From Anthoceros angustus (taxonomy: Eukaryota; Plantae; Anthocerotophyta): a stretch of 64,000 nt of DNA. Where the stretch lies: contig VJWM01000108.1 in NCBI GenBank assembly GCA_010909165.1, forward strand, positions 682,001-746,000. Direction: 5' to 3'. Shown piece after piece: positions 34,804-48,559 of the stretch; within the stretch, counting starts at the first letter, position 1; each line of letters opens with the position of its first letter. Made by a program: the position numbers and the translations under genes. A model generated the notes under the pieces. It made no database searches. It was not told the DNA's origin and saw only the letters and a list, made by a program, of their open reading frames with translations.

Positions 34804-37800
34804 TGTTGAAATAACCTCTTTAGCTTATATTTGTAATCTAGGCGTATGCATTAGGGTTTGACTATATAAACATTAGTTCATGTAATATCACTTGTACATT
34901 ATTATTTTCTCTTGGCTTTCCTTGCCTTGTGTGTGCTACCGCTCATGTCAAGCTTCCTCGGCATAAATCCAGCGTGCATTTTGGTTATGGTATCGAGCCA
35001 TCACGCTGGTGATTATGTTGTAACTAAGATGCCGAGGCAGATCGAACTCGACCCGGAGGCGGAGGAGGTTTTGTTAAATCCTTTTCGGACCTCTAGATAG
35101 ATGTTCATTCCTCGAGCATCCCGTGGATTGAGGTGAGTTAAAAGGTGGCGTGATCGAGGGTTATGGAAAATTACATGCGGAGCCGCGATAATTCTTATTT
35201 TCAACGTCACGATTTTCTACTCGTGGTACAACTTGTGGACGCTTTTGAGACCAGCGCTCCTCGGCCGGGCCACCCTCTAAGCGGCTATTCTCACTTTCTG
35301 CACGGAGACGCCGATGTATCTAGCAACAAAGCGCCGATTCCGGTCATTAATCTTGAATTCACTTTGAATCGCTATTTGACGAGAATCTTTCTCAAAGCAA
35401 ATGGACTCATCAGATATGAAAATTCACAAGTTTGCCGTTAAATTCTCATCTGAACTTGATAGATTGACTAGGCAACTGCAGATTTTGAACAACACTTCGC
35501 TCCTCTTATGAGGAGCGCTCGATTGATCTAACCTTTGTTTCTGGTTTTGTCTAGGGTTTTTGTTGATCGGGATAGGTTCTAATGGATGTGTCATCGTTTC
35601 TCTTGTATCCCCCCACCATGAAGCTTGCAAGCGACACAGGTTGGTAACGTTCCTCCAAACCTTCCTTGCCCTGGACAGAAGTCAAGTCGGTGAGGTTAAT
35701 TTAGCTTTTCTGTGAACGAACCCTAAAAAAGTGTTTTCTTCAGAACGTTTCACTGGGACCTTTGCTCTCCATATGTCTACTAGAGACCATCTGCTGTTCT
35801 TTCCCCTCCCTACATTTCACATAGTCGTGGCCTAGGTACCAGTCCTTACCTCCCAATCCTCTACAACTTATCGTCATGGCTTGCTCAAATCATTTACCGA
35901 TGTTAAAGATAAGGACAGTTCAATGGAACCAAATTTCGGTTGGCGTGTTCATGCAAAGTACCTTAAAAGCACGGGAGTGTGCCGGCCAGATGGCTCCTAC
36001 CCGAACCTCCTCCCATTTGGTTCCATCCAGCAGCGAGCAACTATTGTCCTCAAGTTGATGTTGATAAGTGGAATGGTCTGAACAGTATTGCGTTGCCATT
36101 CTTATTTATGGACTTGATGAGGTCACGATTACGGATGTGGAATCTCTTACAAAAGCACATCGATCTGGACTCAACTCAACTGGTACATATGCCGTTAAAA
36201 CAATGCTTTCAAAGTGCAGCAATCCATGAGTTCTATACTTTGAGGATGCGGGAGGGTGATAGTGTGGCTGCCACACAAGCAAGTTTCGTCACCTTCGCTC
36301 CCGCCTTCTTTGAGTTGAACTCGGCGATGTCGGATGAGGATGCCAGCAATCGCTCACCCTACACCGCATCATACCAAACATTCGTGTACTCCGAATGGAC
36401 CTCTTGCTATAGTCGAGAATTTAGGTAGCAACCGGCTGCCCTTACCTTGAGAGTGTGATTGCTGCCCTTTATCGGGAGGAGCAGCCGACTTGACATACCT
36501 CGGGTGGCTCTAGCGTAATCCGACGATCGTGTTTTATATACCTCACAGTGGGGAGGTAGAGGAGGAAGGTCCTCTTTCCAACGTCCACAACAAACCTCCA
36601 ATGCTGCTGGATCATCTACTTCTAAGAAGCTGGCGGTTATGGCGTGTCAAACACCGACACTGGAAAGTGTCGCCGTAAGAAGGCGGGCGAGCCTCGTCGA
36701 CCCAAGCCAGAGGTCAACTCTATTGCTAAGGAGCGATCTTCGTCGGAAGGAGGCAAAGCTGTGGTGAAGATATACACCATCTGCCTTTCCTCTTCACCAA
36801 GTGCTCCCGGAAATTGGTACCTCTCACCGCACACATATTTGCAAGGATAAGAGCTTGTTCAGCAGCTTACAAGGACATCCATGATTCGAGCAAGTTGTCT
36901 TGCTAGGCTAATCTACTGTCGAGGTTATGGTACATGCCGTTTTGTGATGACTGACAACTCAGTCTTGCATGTCCCAGGTATCTTGTACGTTCCAGGCATG
37001 GCGAAAAATCTGCTCTCTGTGAGACTCCGAGCCATGCAACATAATTTGGAGTTCAGATTCTTTGGTTCTACTTGCGAAGTATTCAGATGTGCTTCGAGCA
37101 CTGAGTGCATTGGTCGAGGAGTTCCAGATTTTGAACTGTATCGGTTGGATGTTCTCTGCGAAGTTCCTACTTCGACCCCCGTGGCTGCATCGACCATCGC
37201 CGTCACACTTGCCTGCAACTGTACAAGCCAAGTTGTGGCATGCTCGACTCGGCCATGTCAACAAAAATACATTAATAAAATGACCACGCTATCTTTGAAC
37301 CACTTCCTTCTTGTTTCAAGGATTTACCAATCTGTGAGGCATGCTTGCAAAACAACGGAGAAGCCGTTTCCCATGCTGGTTTTCGACATCTTACATTCTC
37401 GATTTAATTCATGCGATATCTATGGCAGTTGCAGAAGTCCATTGGCGGATCATCCTATTATCGACCATTACGGATGATTTTAGTCGCTACACATGGACTT
37501 ACTCAATGACAAAGAAGAGTGATAATCGTTCACTGTTTTCAAGTGGTTGCCTATGGCGCAGGCGATCAGCCATTTCCTCAAGTGCATCCGTTCGATAATG
37601 GGAGACGCAACAACCAATTTGATCAAGATCTCCAAGAGCATGGCATCATTCGACAACTCACGTTCCTTACATACCGTGAGAATGGTGTTGCGGCGCAAGA
37701 ATCGAGACCCTTATGGGCATGACGAAGTATGCTGGGCGCTTTACTGCTGAATCTTTGAGGGCTTTGTGACTTCAACGTACATTCTGAATCGGCTGATAAC

Positions 37801-40800
37801 TACCTCTCTTCAAGGCAAGACCCCTTTCGAAATGTTTTAGAATAGAAAACCAAGCATCCTACATCTTAGAGTCTTTGGTTTGCCAGCTTTTGCCTACATC
37901 CCACAAGTCAAGCGTCAAAAGCTAGATGATAGATCTGGAGCCTTGCTATTTATTGGCTATAGCGAGGAAGCAAAGGCATATAAGTTAATAGACCCTCTTA
38001 CCTTTGCCCCGCCTTAGCAAGGAGTGTTGTCTTTAAGGAACTTGTGGACCTGTGATCCCTGAGAAGCAGTGCATGCAGAACTGGATTCGATTCCTCGATA
38101 ATGAGGATATCTTCTCAGACATGACTGGTTTTGATACACAGCCCGTTCAGTTTCCACAGGGTCCTCCTGTTATTCCTCAACCTGTGTTATTGCCTGGCCC
38201 AGCACATCAACCTGCAATCGCCCAACCTTTTTTGCCTCAAGGCCTTGATTCTGACCCCCTGGATGATTTCGAATTGGACCCCCTTGCTGCAGTCCAGGAT
38301 CCCGATCAGCCAAATCTAGTCCTAGAGCTTGAACCTTTTTTACGCTCCGGCCCGATCTGGTCATTCGAGATAGATCCCTATGTCGTCGTTGCCCCTAGAC
38401 GCAATCCTCCTCGAGCTCGACTTCCTCGAGATCAATGGGCGTAACCCCTTATACCTCGCCGATTTGCACCCTCGCCTGTGCCTAATCCCGAGTTCACCCT
38501 TATCCTTGACCTTGTATCCATGGACGAGGCATATGAAGGCCCTGATGCCTCTCATTGGCGAGCTGCCGTTGAGGAGGAGTATCAATCTATTATAAAAAAC
38601 AAGACTTGGGAGTTAACAGATTTGCCACCGGAAGGAAGGCGATTACTTGCAAATGGGTTTTAAAACCAAGCTTAATGCCGAGGGGCTCGGTACAAAGCCG
38701 CATCTGGCTGAGGTTTCACCAAGTCCTCGGGTTTAGACTACCAGAGACTTTCTCCCCTGTGGTCAAGGCACAATCCATCGTAATCTTAGCCCTATCTGCT
38801 GAAAGAACTTGGAGCTACACCAAATGGATGTATGTACGCTTTTCACATGGTGAAATCAAGGAAGAAATCTACATGAACAAATTTCAAGGCTATGTCGACA
38901 AGAAATTTCCTAACAAGGTACTCAGTTACTTAAAGCCCTGTGGGCTCAAATAGAGTGCGATGTTATGGAATGAAAAGCTAGATGTCAACTCAAGGCTTTG
39001 GGTTTTGTAAAGCAAAGCGACTATCGCTTACTACTTGGTTGATGGCTCATGTTTTGTATCCTTGTCGCTTATGGACGATTGCATCTTCGCCTCGCAGACA
39101 CCACCATTCTCAACAGAGTCAAGGATCTTCGAATAAATTCAAATGAAAGATGTGGGAGCTTTAAAATCGCCTAGGTGTTCAAGTCCTAAGGAATAGAGAA
39201 GGGACTCATGCTATACATCGGAAGAAGTACTTTAAATCTTGAGGCGATTTTCCTTGATCAAGCTAGACGCTCTGTGTTTTGTGGGAGTGTCGCAGACATT
39301 GTGCACCTCAAGAGACCGCCGATATGGAGAAGATTCCTTAGGCATGTCAGAGGTGCCTAATATTTATCTCAACCATACGCCCCGATATAGCTTTTTCGCG
39401 AAGGCGCTTTCCAATTTTGTGAAAGACCAGTGCGCACACCGCAAGTGAAACCAATTTATCGTTACCCATACGACCACTCGGTATTTTCTTTCCGTGGCTC
39501 CATGACTAACCTTCCGCTTTCTATGCGACCGGGCTTCATTGATTCACGGAAGAGTTTATCAACGTGACTGCTTGGACAGCATACTGGTCTTGTAAGAAGC
39601 AATCAGTATTGTACTCATCAATCAAGTCAATATATTACATATCTGCTAAAGAGGCAGAGGGAAGATCTATTTGAAGTGTTTATGTTGAGCGTGCCACCCC
39701 ACCATGTACATCGTGACACGGCCATTGCTCTCGTTAACCTCAAGCTTCCATGCTTATACCAAGCATATCGGAATCAAACATCATTATATTAGAGACTGGC
39801 CAAGGAGTGATTCAAGTCAAATATATCTCCGTGACAATACAAATGATATCTTAACTAAGGCGCTGCCTGCCACGTACATTCACAGCACATGAGTCCCTTG
39901 CCCACGGGATCACTACACCTGCAAGATGAAAGGTAACCTCATGTCGACCTTGTGGAGTTGGGGGTGGGGACCTCAGTCCCCCGGTTTTTCAAGCTTATCA
40001 TAATCTAGTTTGTGAACCCATGCTCACAGTCCTACCCATCTGTCTTGGCTCGCAGACATCACACTGTGTTTGAAGGTATGGTCAGCATTTACATAGCAGC
40101 TCATGGATGAAGCATCATATACCTACCCAATCATGCTTGCCCTTCGCCTTTCTTTCCCGCTCCTCCGTCCTTTTTCCGTGGTTTGGTGCACCGCCTTTGT
40201 TGTCCCTCGCCCCTCGCAAGGAGTCCCATTGCTTCTCGCCCACACGCTGCGAGATCTCTAAGGGATCAGCCTGCGCGCTTGGATACCGTGCTTGATATCT
40301 CAAGATTCACGAGGTCTTCGCCCACCATGACCCGAGTGAACCTCAAGCTCCCAAACAAATCCTCCTGCAAACCGCCAAATCAAGGCTTCCACCCTTGTCC
40401 CGGCAGCTCGAGTGCTGGCCTGCTTCCTAGTCCTTCTTCCTTGGCACAAATATCACTATAGTTTCATCCAGAAGAGTCTCTGGGTTGCCATTTGTCACGC
40501 CACCGAATCAAGATGCAAAATAAGCCGATGATTGCCACCACCGCGAGTACCGGTACATGTACACCGACGCCACCGCTTGAGCTTCTCGCACGAATGAGAG
40601 GGTATAATCGAGGCACAAAGATATCAATTTTTTTCATTCTTGCTGAAGAGCATCTCAGCTTATGTGGAGTGTTGAAATAACTCTTTAGCTTATATTGTAA
40701 TCTAGCGATGTTTTAGGTTTGACTATATAAACATTACTAAATATCACTTGTACATTATTATTTTCTCCGGCTTCCTTCTATGTGTGCTACCGTGAGCGCC

Positions 40801-40835
40801 ATGTCAAGCTTTTGGCATAAAAGCTCGATTTTGTA
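34804..40835 (+). mobile_element. Full-length Ty1/copia element B inserted in the 5' leader of unit II
   Basis: Two LTRs of about 170-185 bp (34804-34987, 40670-about 40835), PBS TGGTATC(A)GAGC at 34988-34998, all five copia domains in order. Confidence 0.9.
35870..39890 (+). pseudogene. Copia B gag-PR-INT-RT-RNase H polyprotein, frameshifted
   Basis: GNWYL; LYVPGMAKNLLSV; KLWHARLGH; TDDFSRYTW; WRAAVEEEYQSIIKNKTWELTDLP; RKAITCKWV; TKHIGIKHHYIRD. Confidence 0.9.
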
Positions 40836-41814
40836 TCCGTTACCCACATGTAGGGGATGTCGCATTTGAACTCGCTTGCAATCCTTTGTTTTCTAATCTC
40901 CCACTTGTTAAATGCGTAGGTGGAGCAAGAGGGACATGAATTTGGAGCATCAAATGTATGCGCTTTATTTGTTTTATTTGCACGCTTATATGCAACACCG
41001 AGGCTGGGTTAGCAAGTAAAGCGGCTTTAATAATGTAAGCAACTCAAGTCCAAATGTCCTATCTCTTTATCTTGTTCACATCATAGCGACGCTCGATCGA
41101 TGTTTTGAAAACGTCATCAACATGTTGCCGGTGTGCTTTCGCATTTAATCGTGATACACTTGTGTGTGGTGCGACATGTGTGGTCAGAAACCCCGGATTA
41201 CTACCATGGAATGCTCACACACGCACTGAAGATTGTTAGGGTTTCTAGGTGGAGGGCAACACCGATGGCGCTTCAGTGGAAGAGAGTCGCAATCAATGTG
41301 TTGAATGACTGCCTTACTTCAAGAGCAAGTGCAGGCTGATTTTTCAACTATCCATTCCTCGTGTCTCATGAGCGATGCAATCATTTGCCTGGCACTCCTT
41401 GCCCTCTGCGGCGATTCTGCTGTGGAATGCACCCAGTAGGGCGTGGCTGCCATTGTTGCCCGTCCAATAGATTGGCCACTCATTTGGCTAGGATTTGTGT
41501 TTTAGAATTTTCGAGAACCATTTTTGTAATTCTATATGATTTTATATAAAGATTTTTGCCAATTCTGGCAGTTGTTCTAGTGTACCTAGTGTCAAATTGC
41601 TCTACAGCAATCTGACAACAGGTGCACTAGGACAGACTCCTAGAAATGCAAATTTTCTAAATAAAAATCAAGAAAAGAAACTACAAGTTGGTTTCTTGAT
41701 CATTTTCTTGTTTTCTCATTAGAAAATTATTTTCTAAACAAGAAACAAACAACACATATTTGTGCACATCCGTGCAAAGCATTCTCATAATTTAATGTGC
41801 ATTCTCATGAATGC

Positions 41815-41992
41815 ATATTAATTACATTGTATATATTAAAAACAAGGATAAGGAAAGTAGAACTAGACTTAACTTAATAATGAAAAGGCATGACTTTTGC
41901 TAAAGGACGAACCCTAATGAAAGGGTTAAGCTAAATTAAATCTAAGTGCACACTCTATATATGTAGATATAACTAAACCGAATAACTCAACA
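41815..41992 (-). mobile_element. Shared LTR b (PBS and PBS-proximal LTR end deleted)
   Basis: Homologous to 30841-31072, but jumps from the leader (ATGAATGCA) straight to TATTAATTACA. Confidence 0.75.
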
Positions 41993-42004
41993 CTACTATC
42001 TCCA

Positions 42005-42650
42005 TTATGGCCCGACAATGGCTGGCCAAAATCCAAGAATGGCACCAACGGGACAATGGCTGGCCATACAATGGCTGATATTTACAATGGCTGGCCATAC
42101 AATGGCTGGCCCCACAATGGCCGCCACAATGGCCGGCCCCACAATGGCTGGCCATACAATGGCCTCACAATGGCTGGCCATAATGGCTGGCCCCACAATG
42201 GTATTGACAATGGCCGGCCATACAATGGCTGGCCCCATAATGGCTGGCCCCACAATGGCTGGCCATAACAATGGCTGGCCCCAATGGTCTTTCGACATAA
42301 TGGCTGGCCATACAATGGCAAGCGACAATGGCGACCATACAATGGCCGTCCTTCAATGGCTTGCCCGACAATGGCTGGCCCCACAATGGCTGGCCATACA
42401 ATGGCTGGCCAAAATCCAAGAATGGCGCCTAACGCCCGCAATGGCCGGCCCGACGATGGTTGGCCCGATGATGGTCGGGTCCGACAATGGCTGGCCCGAC
42501 AATGGCCGGGCATAAAATGGCTGGCCAAATCCGTGAATGGCGCCTAACGCCGACAATGGCTGGCCATACAATGGCCAAAAATGGCTGGCCATAATGGCGA
42601 TACAATGGTCGGCCATACAATGGCTGGCTATATAATGGCCGCAAAATGGC
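42005..42650. repeat. 15-bp minisatellite, unit III
   Basis: About 40 copies of CAATGGCTGGCC(ATA/CCA/CGA). Confidence 0.92.
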
Positions 42651-43559
42651 GGCATGTACAAACATGTACCATCGGGAGTGCGCACTTGCTTGTGGGTGTA
42701 GAGGTGGCACCGCTCATAATAAGAACACTTAAGAAAATGCCAAAGAGCGTGACGATTAGTATTAGAGCCCGCGCGACTTTTCCCTTTCTAGGCCGACTGT
42801 GTAAGGGATTAATGGAGTGCGTGTTGCCGAGTGGCACGCCTCGCACATTTGAATGGACGTGTTCATCATCCCCCACCAAATTTAAAATACCCTCCCCTTC
42901 CTCCCTGCCTCCCACCTAGCCCCTTGCTAGTCCACCAAATTTATAACTTTGCTTACATTTTACAATGTTGCTTATACTTCTAACGCAATCTACAACATGG
43001 GAGCCACATCATCGATCCTCGTTATAAATGAACTCTAATCATATTTTTTAAATCAATACCAATAATAAAGACTTTTGAAGAAATAAAGATCAAATATCAA
43101 ATTTTGAGAAAGAGATTTTACAATGTAATCTACAACAAGGGAGGCACGTCATCAATCCACCGCTGCAAATGGTCTTCAATAATATTTTTTGTGATTAATA
43201 ACAATAATAAAGAGTTTAAAAAAATGAAGAACACATTTCGAGAAAATATTTTACAACGTAATCTACAACAAGGAGCCACATCATCAATCGCTGATATATA
43301 TTACCTCAAATCATATTTTTGATTAATAATAAAAAGAGTTTTAATGTAATAAAGAATACATTTTGAGAAAAATATTTTACAATGTAATCTATAACAAGGA
43401 AGCCACATCATCAATTGCTATTGTAAATGGCTTCCAATCATATTTTTGATTAATGATGATAAAAATATTTTTTTGAAGAAATAAAGATCAAAATTTTGAG
43501 AAAAGGCTTTTACAACGTATCTACAACAAGGGCGCCTAATGCCGACAATGGCTGGCCCG

Positions 43560-45745
43560 ACGATGGCTGGCCCGACAGAGGAGGTTGTCAGAAGTCATTA
43601 GCAAAATTGCTTCATCCGCCTCCCTCATCATTTCGGCCGTTGTTCTTCTTCCCTTCATCAGAGCAATTTCCTCACGTGCGTAAGTCGCGGAAAAGCTTGA
43701 GGTATTATAGGACGAGGTTTCTTGGCCTTAGTAAGTCATTAGAAAAAATGAAGATGAAGGATAGCTGGTTTTCTACCAAAGAACGCTTCATAAGGGGTCT
43801 GTCCTAAGACCGCAGCAGGGCAACTGCGTAAATAAATAGCTGTCATGAGGGCCTCAAGATGGGAGTGGCGTGAGGCTTGGTGGAACAAGGAAGAAACCAT
43901 CTCCGCAGCAAAATTCAAGCGCCGCCTACACCATTTTGTTGTGTGTATACGATCGTAAGTTGTCGTCTATCCTCATCCGCACAATAGGCTTGAAATTCGT
44001 TTGATGTGAATTCACCACCATTGTCGAAGGAGGGTTTTCATGCTTTTCCACCCATCTCTATATACTTCATGTAGTCTTTAAACAGGAGAAGTATTCACTT
44101 TTGGCTTTCAGAAATAAGCCATGACAAATCTGGTCTTGTCGTCTGTGAATGTTAGGAAATATCTGCCACCACCAATTGAGGGCTGTGAAAGTGGCCCACA
44201 TATGTCAGGGTGGACGAGCTCAAGAACGTATGAAGCCCTGTGGGGAGCTTGGTTCTTGAAGGCGATGACGCTTTGACAAGACATGTGCTTCACAAAGTGG
44301 TAAGGGTGGCAAACCGCCAATTTTTCCATCACCATGTCACTAGTCGCTAGTTTCGTAACTTGGCACCGTGAGGGTGACCTAAACGCATGCCATAACCTAG
44401 CTTTTTCTATCGCTGCGCTTTGCGCTTGTCTCTCAAGACTTAGAAGCTAAGTGTGTTCGCATCAGCATCACTGTGTGTGCAAACGAATAGATCATGGTCC
44501 GGAACCATAAGCTATTACTTTCGATCAAATGCATCGATGATCCTACATTCTTCGGGAGTGAACAGGATATGACCGTTATCCATGTTGAGCTTCCTAACAG
44601 ATGAGGTTCCTAGTCATTTCGTGACATGATACACATGTGAGTAAGAGTGTGATCCTCAAGGAATCGAATTTTCATGCCTATTCCTCGAGACACAAGTGAT
44701 CTATCGTCACCCGTAAACGAATCGATCTTTATGGTCTATATGTGACGACGCGCTTTATCGAAACTAATGTGCGCCGTTGCACTCAGACAAGGTACCACTC
44801 ATGTAATCGTCTCCCTTGTGTGTTTGTTGATGTATATGTGGGTTAGCAGGATGAGCAAACTCCTAGTCCCTACCGTGTGGATGAAGGGGAAGCTTGCTTT
44901 TCACCATGGCGTGTCTCAAAAGTGGAGTTGCCCTCCTGCAGGTACCATCGCTTCTTTTCGACACTTGCTTTCCCAATGACCCGAATCTGCACCAGTGGCA
45001 TTTTCCATTCTTCTTGCTCTTGAAGTAGCTCGTGTGACTGCTAGCACTTGAGGTATTCTCCTCAAGGTTAGGCTTGCCGCCTTTGTTTCGCTTTGGTGGT
45101 GAAGAGCCGCTTGCCAAAGATGCCTCGTAGTTCCTCTTGTTGCTTCTTCCCGAGAAGAGCTCTCACTAACTCAAAACGCTTGTTTGGGGAAGGGTAAAGC
45201 CCGCAAGCTAGTTTCCGCCCCAAGCGCCAGGACGCCAAAGTGTGACCATGACTGGGAGTGACATCATGAAATACAATGTGAGTAAATCATGCTTGAGAGA
45301 TTCTCGAGAAGCGCCTCTAGCTTAGAAACCAAGGTTCTAAAGAATCCAAGATGTTTTTCAATTGTATCTCCGCCTCTCATTTTGCAGCTCAACATTGCAA
45401 GTGCCGGCCCCGACTTGTGGTATTTGTGCCGCGCAGATCTTGAAGCCCGGACCATATCTCACCAAGTCTTGCATCCAGAGGTCCGTCAAGATGTCGAGGT
45501 CAACCCACTCCGGATCGTACATGGCGCTTCATCCCTAATATATTGTCCATGCATCCCGATTCTTCTTTTCAAGAGAAGGAGTGGAGTGCAGTACAATGGC
45601 GTGAAACTTGTCCTCCCTTTGGCCAGCTTCCATAGCGCTTGTTTTGTAGTGCTCCTCGCATCCGCATAACCTAGATATCATAACTGCTCCCCAAATCCTC
45701 TTTCCTTGAAGCCATCTCCACCAAGGTTAGTGTTTGGCTCACCAT
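43560..45745 (-). pseudogene. Copia gag-protease-integrase of unit III
   Basis: LELVHPDICGPLSQPSIGGGRYFLTFTDDKTRFVMAYF (44108-44335); KCHWC zinc knuckle; gag UBN2-like segment. AT-rich repeats at 42965-43535. Confidence 0.85.
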
Positions 45746-46923
45746 GTTTAGGATTTTGTAGGTCCTTCCTAGTCGTTAGGATTTTATGGCTGTTAGACTA
45801 ATGCCCCTTCGACCTAACTCGCAGGTCAACAGGGCTAATGGTTCAAGGGTATCTAAGATGCTATTGATGCATCAAAGATGGCTGCAAAGCGCGCTTACAA
45901 AGGGTTAGCATGTCTCATAGCCACGGTAGGTTGATGTGCTGCATTTGAACTCCGCTTGCAATCCTTTGTTTTCTAATCTCCACTTGTTAAATGCGAGGTG
46001 GAGCAAGAGGGACATGAATTTGGAGCATCAAATGTATGCAATTATTTGTTTTGCACGACGCTTACATGCAACACCGAGGCTGGGTTAGCAAGTAAAGCGG
46101 GCTTTAACAATGTAAGCAACTCAAGTCCAAATGTCCTATCTCGCTTTTCGATCTTGTAAGTCTACATCGATACAAAGACGCTTCGATCTTTTTGAAAACG
46201 CCTATCAACATGTTGCCGGTGTGCTTCAATCGCATTTAACTGGATACACTTGTGTGGTGCGACATGTGTGGTCGGAAACCCCGGGATTACGTTACCATGG
46301 AATGCTCGCAACACACGCACTGAAGATTGTTAGGGTTTCTAGGTGGAGGGCAAACACCGGATGGCGCTCGTAAGAGAGTCTCAATCAATGTGTTGAATGA
46401 CTCTTTACTTCAAGAGCAAGTGTGCTGATTTTATGCTCGAACCGGCTCCATTCTCGGTTGGTGGAGCAGCTTATGCAATCATTTTGCTCGGTACTCCTTG
46501 CCCTCTCGCGATTCTGCTGTGGAATGCGCCGGCAGGCGTGGCTGCCATTGTTGCCCGTCAATAGATTGGCCATTTCATTTGGCTAGGATTTTGTGTTTTA
46601 GAATTTTCGAGAACCATTTTGTAATTCTATATGATTTTATATAAAGATTTGTGCCACTCGGCAGCTTGTCTTAGTTCTAGTGTCAAATTGCTCACAAAGA
46701 ATCGACAATAGGTGCACTAGGATGAACTCCTAGAAATGCAAATTTTCTAAATAAAAATCAAGAAAAGAAACTACAAGTTGGTTTCTTGATCATTTTCTTG
46801 TTTTCTCATTAGAAAATTGTTTTCTAAACAAGAAACAAACACAACACATATTGTGCACATCCAAATGTGCCCAATTTAATGTGCATTCTCATGAATGCAC
46901 CCTATGCTCATAGCTCGATACCA

Positions 46924-47149
46924 TAACAAAATATGTAATGGGTGCGATCAATTAACATATTATTAATTACATTGTATATATGTGTATATAAGGAAAACAA
47001 GTATATGAAAGCGAGAACTAGACTTAACTTAATAATGAAAAGGCATGACTCTTTGCTAAAGGACGAACCCTAATGAAAGGGTAAGTAAGCTAAATTAAGA
47101 AGTGCACACTCTATATATGTAGATATAACTAAACCGAAATAACTCAACA
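46924..47149 (-). mobile_element. Shared LTR c
   Basis: Homologous to LTR a; PBS at 46913-46923. Confidence 0.8.
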
Positions 47150-47161
47150 CTACTATTCTCT

Positions 47162-47660
47162 TATGGCTGGCCTGGCAATGGCTGGCCCGGCTGCTGGCTG
47201 GCTACATACAATGGCTGGCTATACAATGGCTGGCTATACAATGGCTGGCCATATAACAGCCGGCCATACAATGGCTTGCCCGACAATGGTCGGCCATACA
47301 ATGGCCGTCCGGCTACAATGGGCCATACAATGGCTGGCCATACAATGGCTGCTGATACAATGGCCGGCCCGACAATGGCTGGCCCGACAATGGCTGGCCC
47401 GACAATGGCTGGCCATACAATGGCCGTACCATACAATGGCCGTACCAAGAATGGCGCCAACGCGATAATGGTCGCTACGATGGATGGTTCGAGCATGGCG
47501 CCCGACAATGGTCGGCCCGACAATGGCTGGCCAAATGGTGGCCAAAATCGAATGGCGCCCAACGCCCGACAATGGCCGGGCATAAAATGGCTCGCCAAAA
47601 TCCAGGAATGGCGCCCAACGCCCGACAATGGCTGCCCGACAATGGCTGGCCATATAATGG
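47162..47660. repeat. 15-bp minisatellite, unit IV
   Basis: CAATGGCTGGC variants. Confidence 0.92.
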
Positions 47661-48559
47661 CCCGCAAAAGGCGGCATGTACAAACATGTACCATCGGGGG
47701 AGTGCGCACTTGCTTGTGGGTGTAGAGGTGGCACTCATAATAATAAGAACACTTAAGAAAATGCCAAAGAGCGTGACGTACTAGTATTAGGGCGCCTCAC
47801 GACTTTTTCCTTTCTAGGCTGACGTGTAAGGGCTGGGATTAATGGAGTGCGTGTTGCCGAGTGGCACGCACATTTGAATGGACGTGTTCATCATCCCCCA
47901 CCAAATTTAAAATACCCTCCCCTTCCTCCCCGCTCCCACCTAGCCCCTTGCTAGTCCACCAAATTTATAACTTTGCTTACATTTTACAATGTTGCTTATA
48001 CTTCGCAATCTACAACATGGGAGCCACATCATTGATCCTCGTTATAAATGAACTCTAATCATATTTTTGAAATCAATACCAATAATAAAGACTTTTGAAG
48101 AAATAAAGATCAAATATCAAATTTTGAGAAAAGATTTTACAATGTAATCTACAACAAGGAGGCACGTCATCAATCCACCCGCAAATGGTCTTCAATAATA
48201 TTTTTGTGATTAATAACAATAATAAAGAGTTTAAAAATGAAGAACACATTTCAGAAAAATATTTTACAACGTAATCTACAACAAGGGAGCCACATCATCA
48301 ATCGCTGATATATATTACCTCAAATCATATTTTTGATTAATAATAAAAAGAGTTTTATAATAAAGAATACATTTTGAGAAAAATATTTTACAATGTAATC
48401 TATAACAAGGAAGCCACATCATCAATTGCTATTGTAAATGGCTTCCAATCATATTTTTTGATTAATGATGATAAAATATTTTTTGAAGAAATAAAGATCA
48501 AAATTTGAGAAAAAGGCTTTACAACGTATCTACAACAAGGGCGCAACGCCCGACGATGA

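Noticed and set aside
42005-42650. Many overlapping ORFs with YGQPL / IVWPA / MAGHT repeats (also 15.8-16.7, 47.2-47.7, 53.5-54.4 kb)
   Set aside because: They are open in several frames on both strands because the 15-bp unit lacks stop codons; minisatellite artefact, not genes.
46913-46923. PBS variant TGGTATCGAGC (one base missing) in four places as a different primer tRNA
   Set aside because: One copy has the canonical sequence and the window is indel-rich; a systematic sequencing error is at least as likely.
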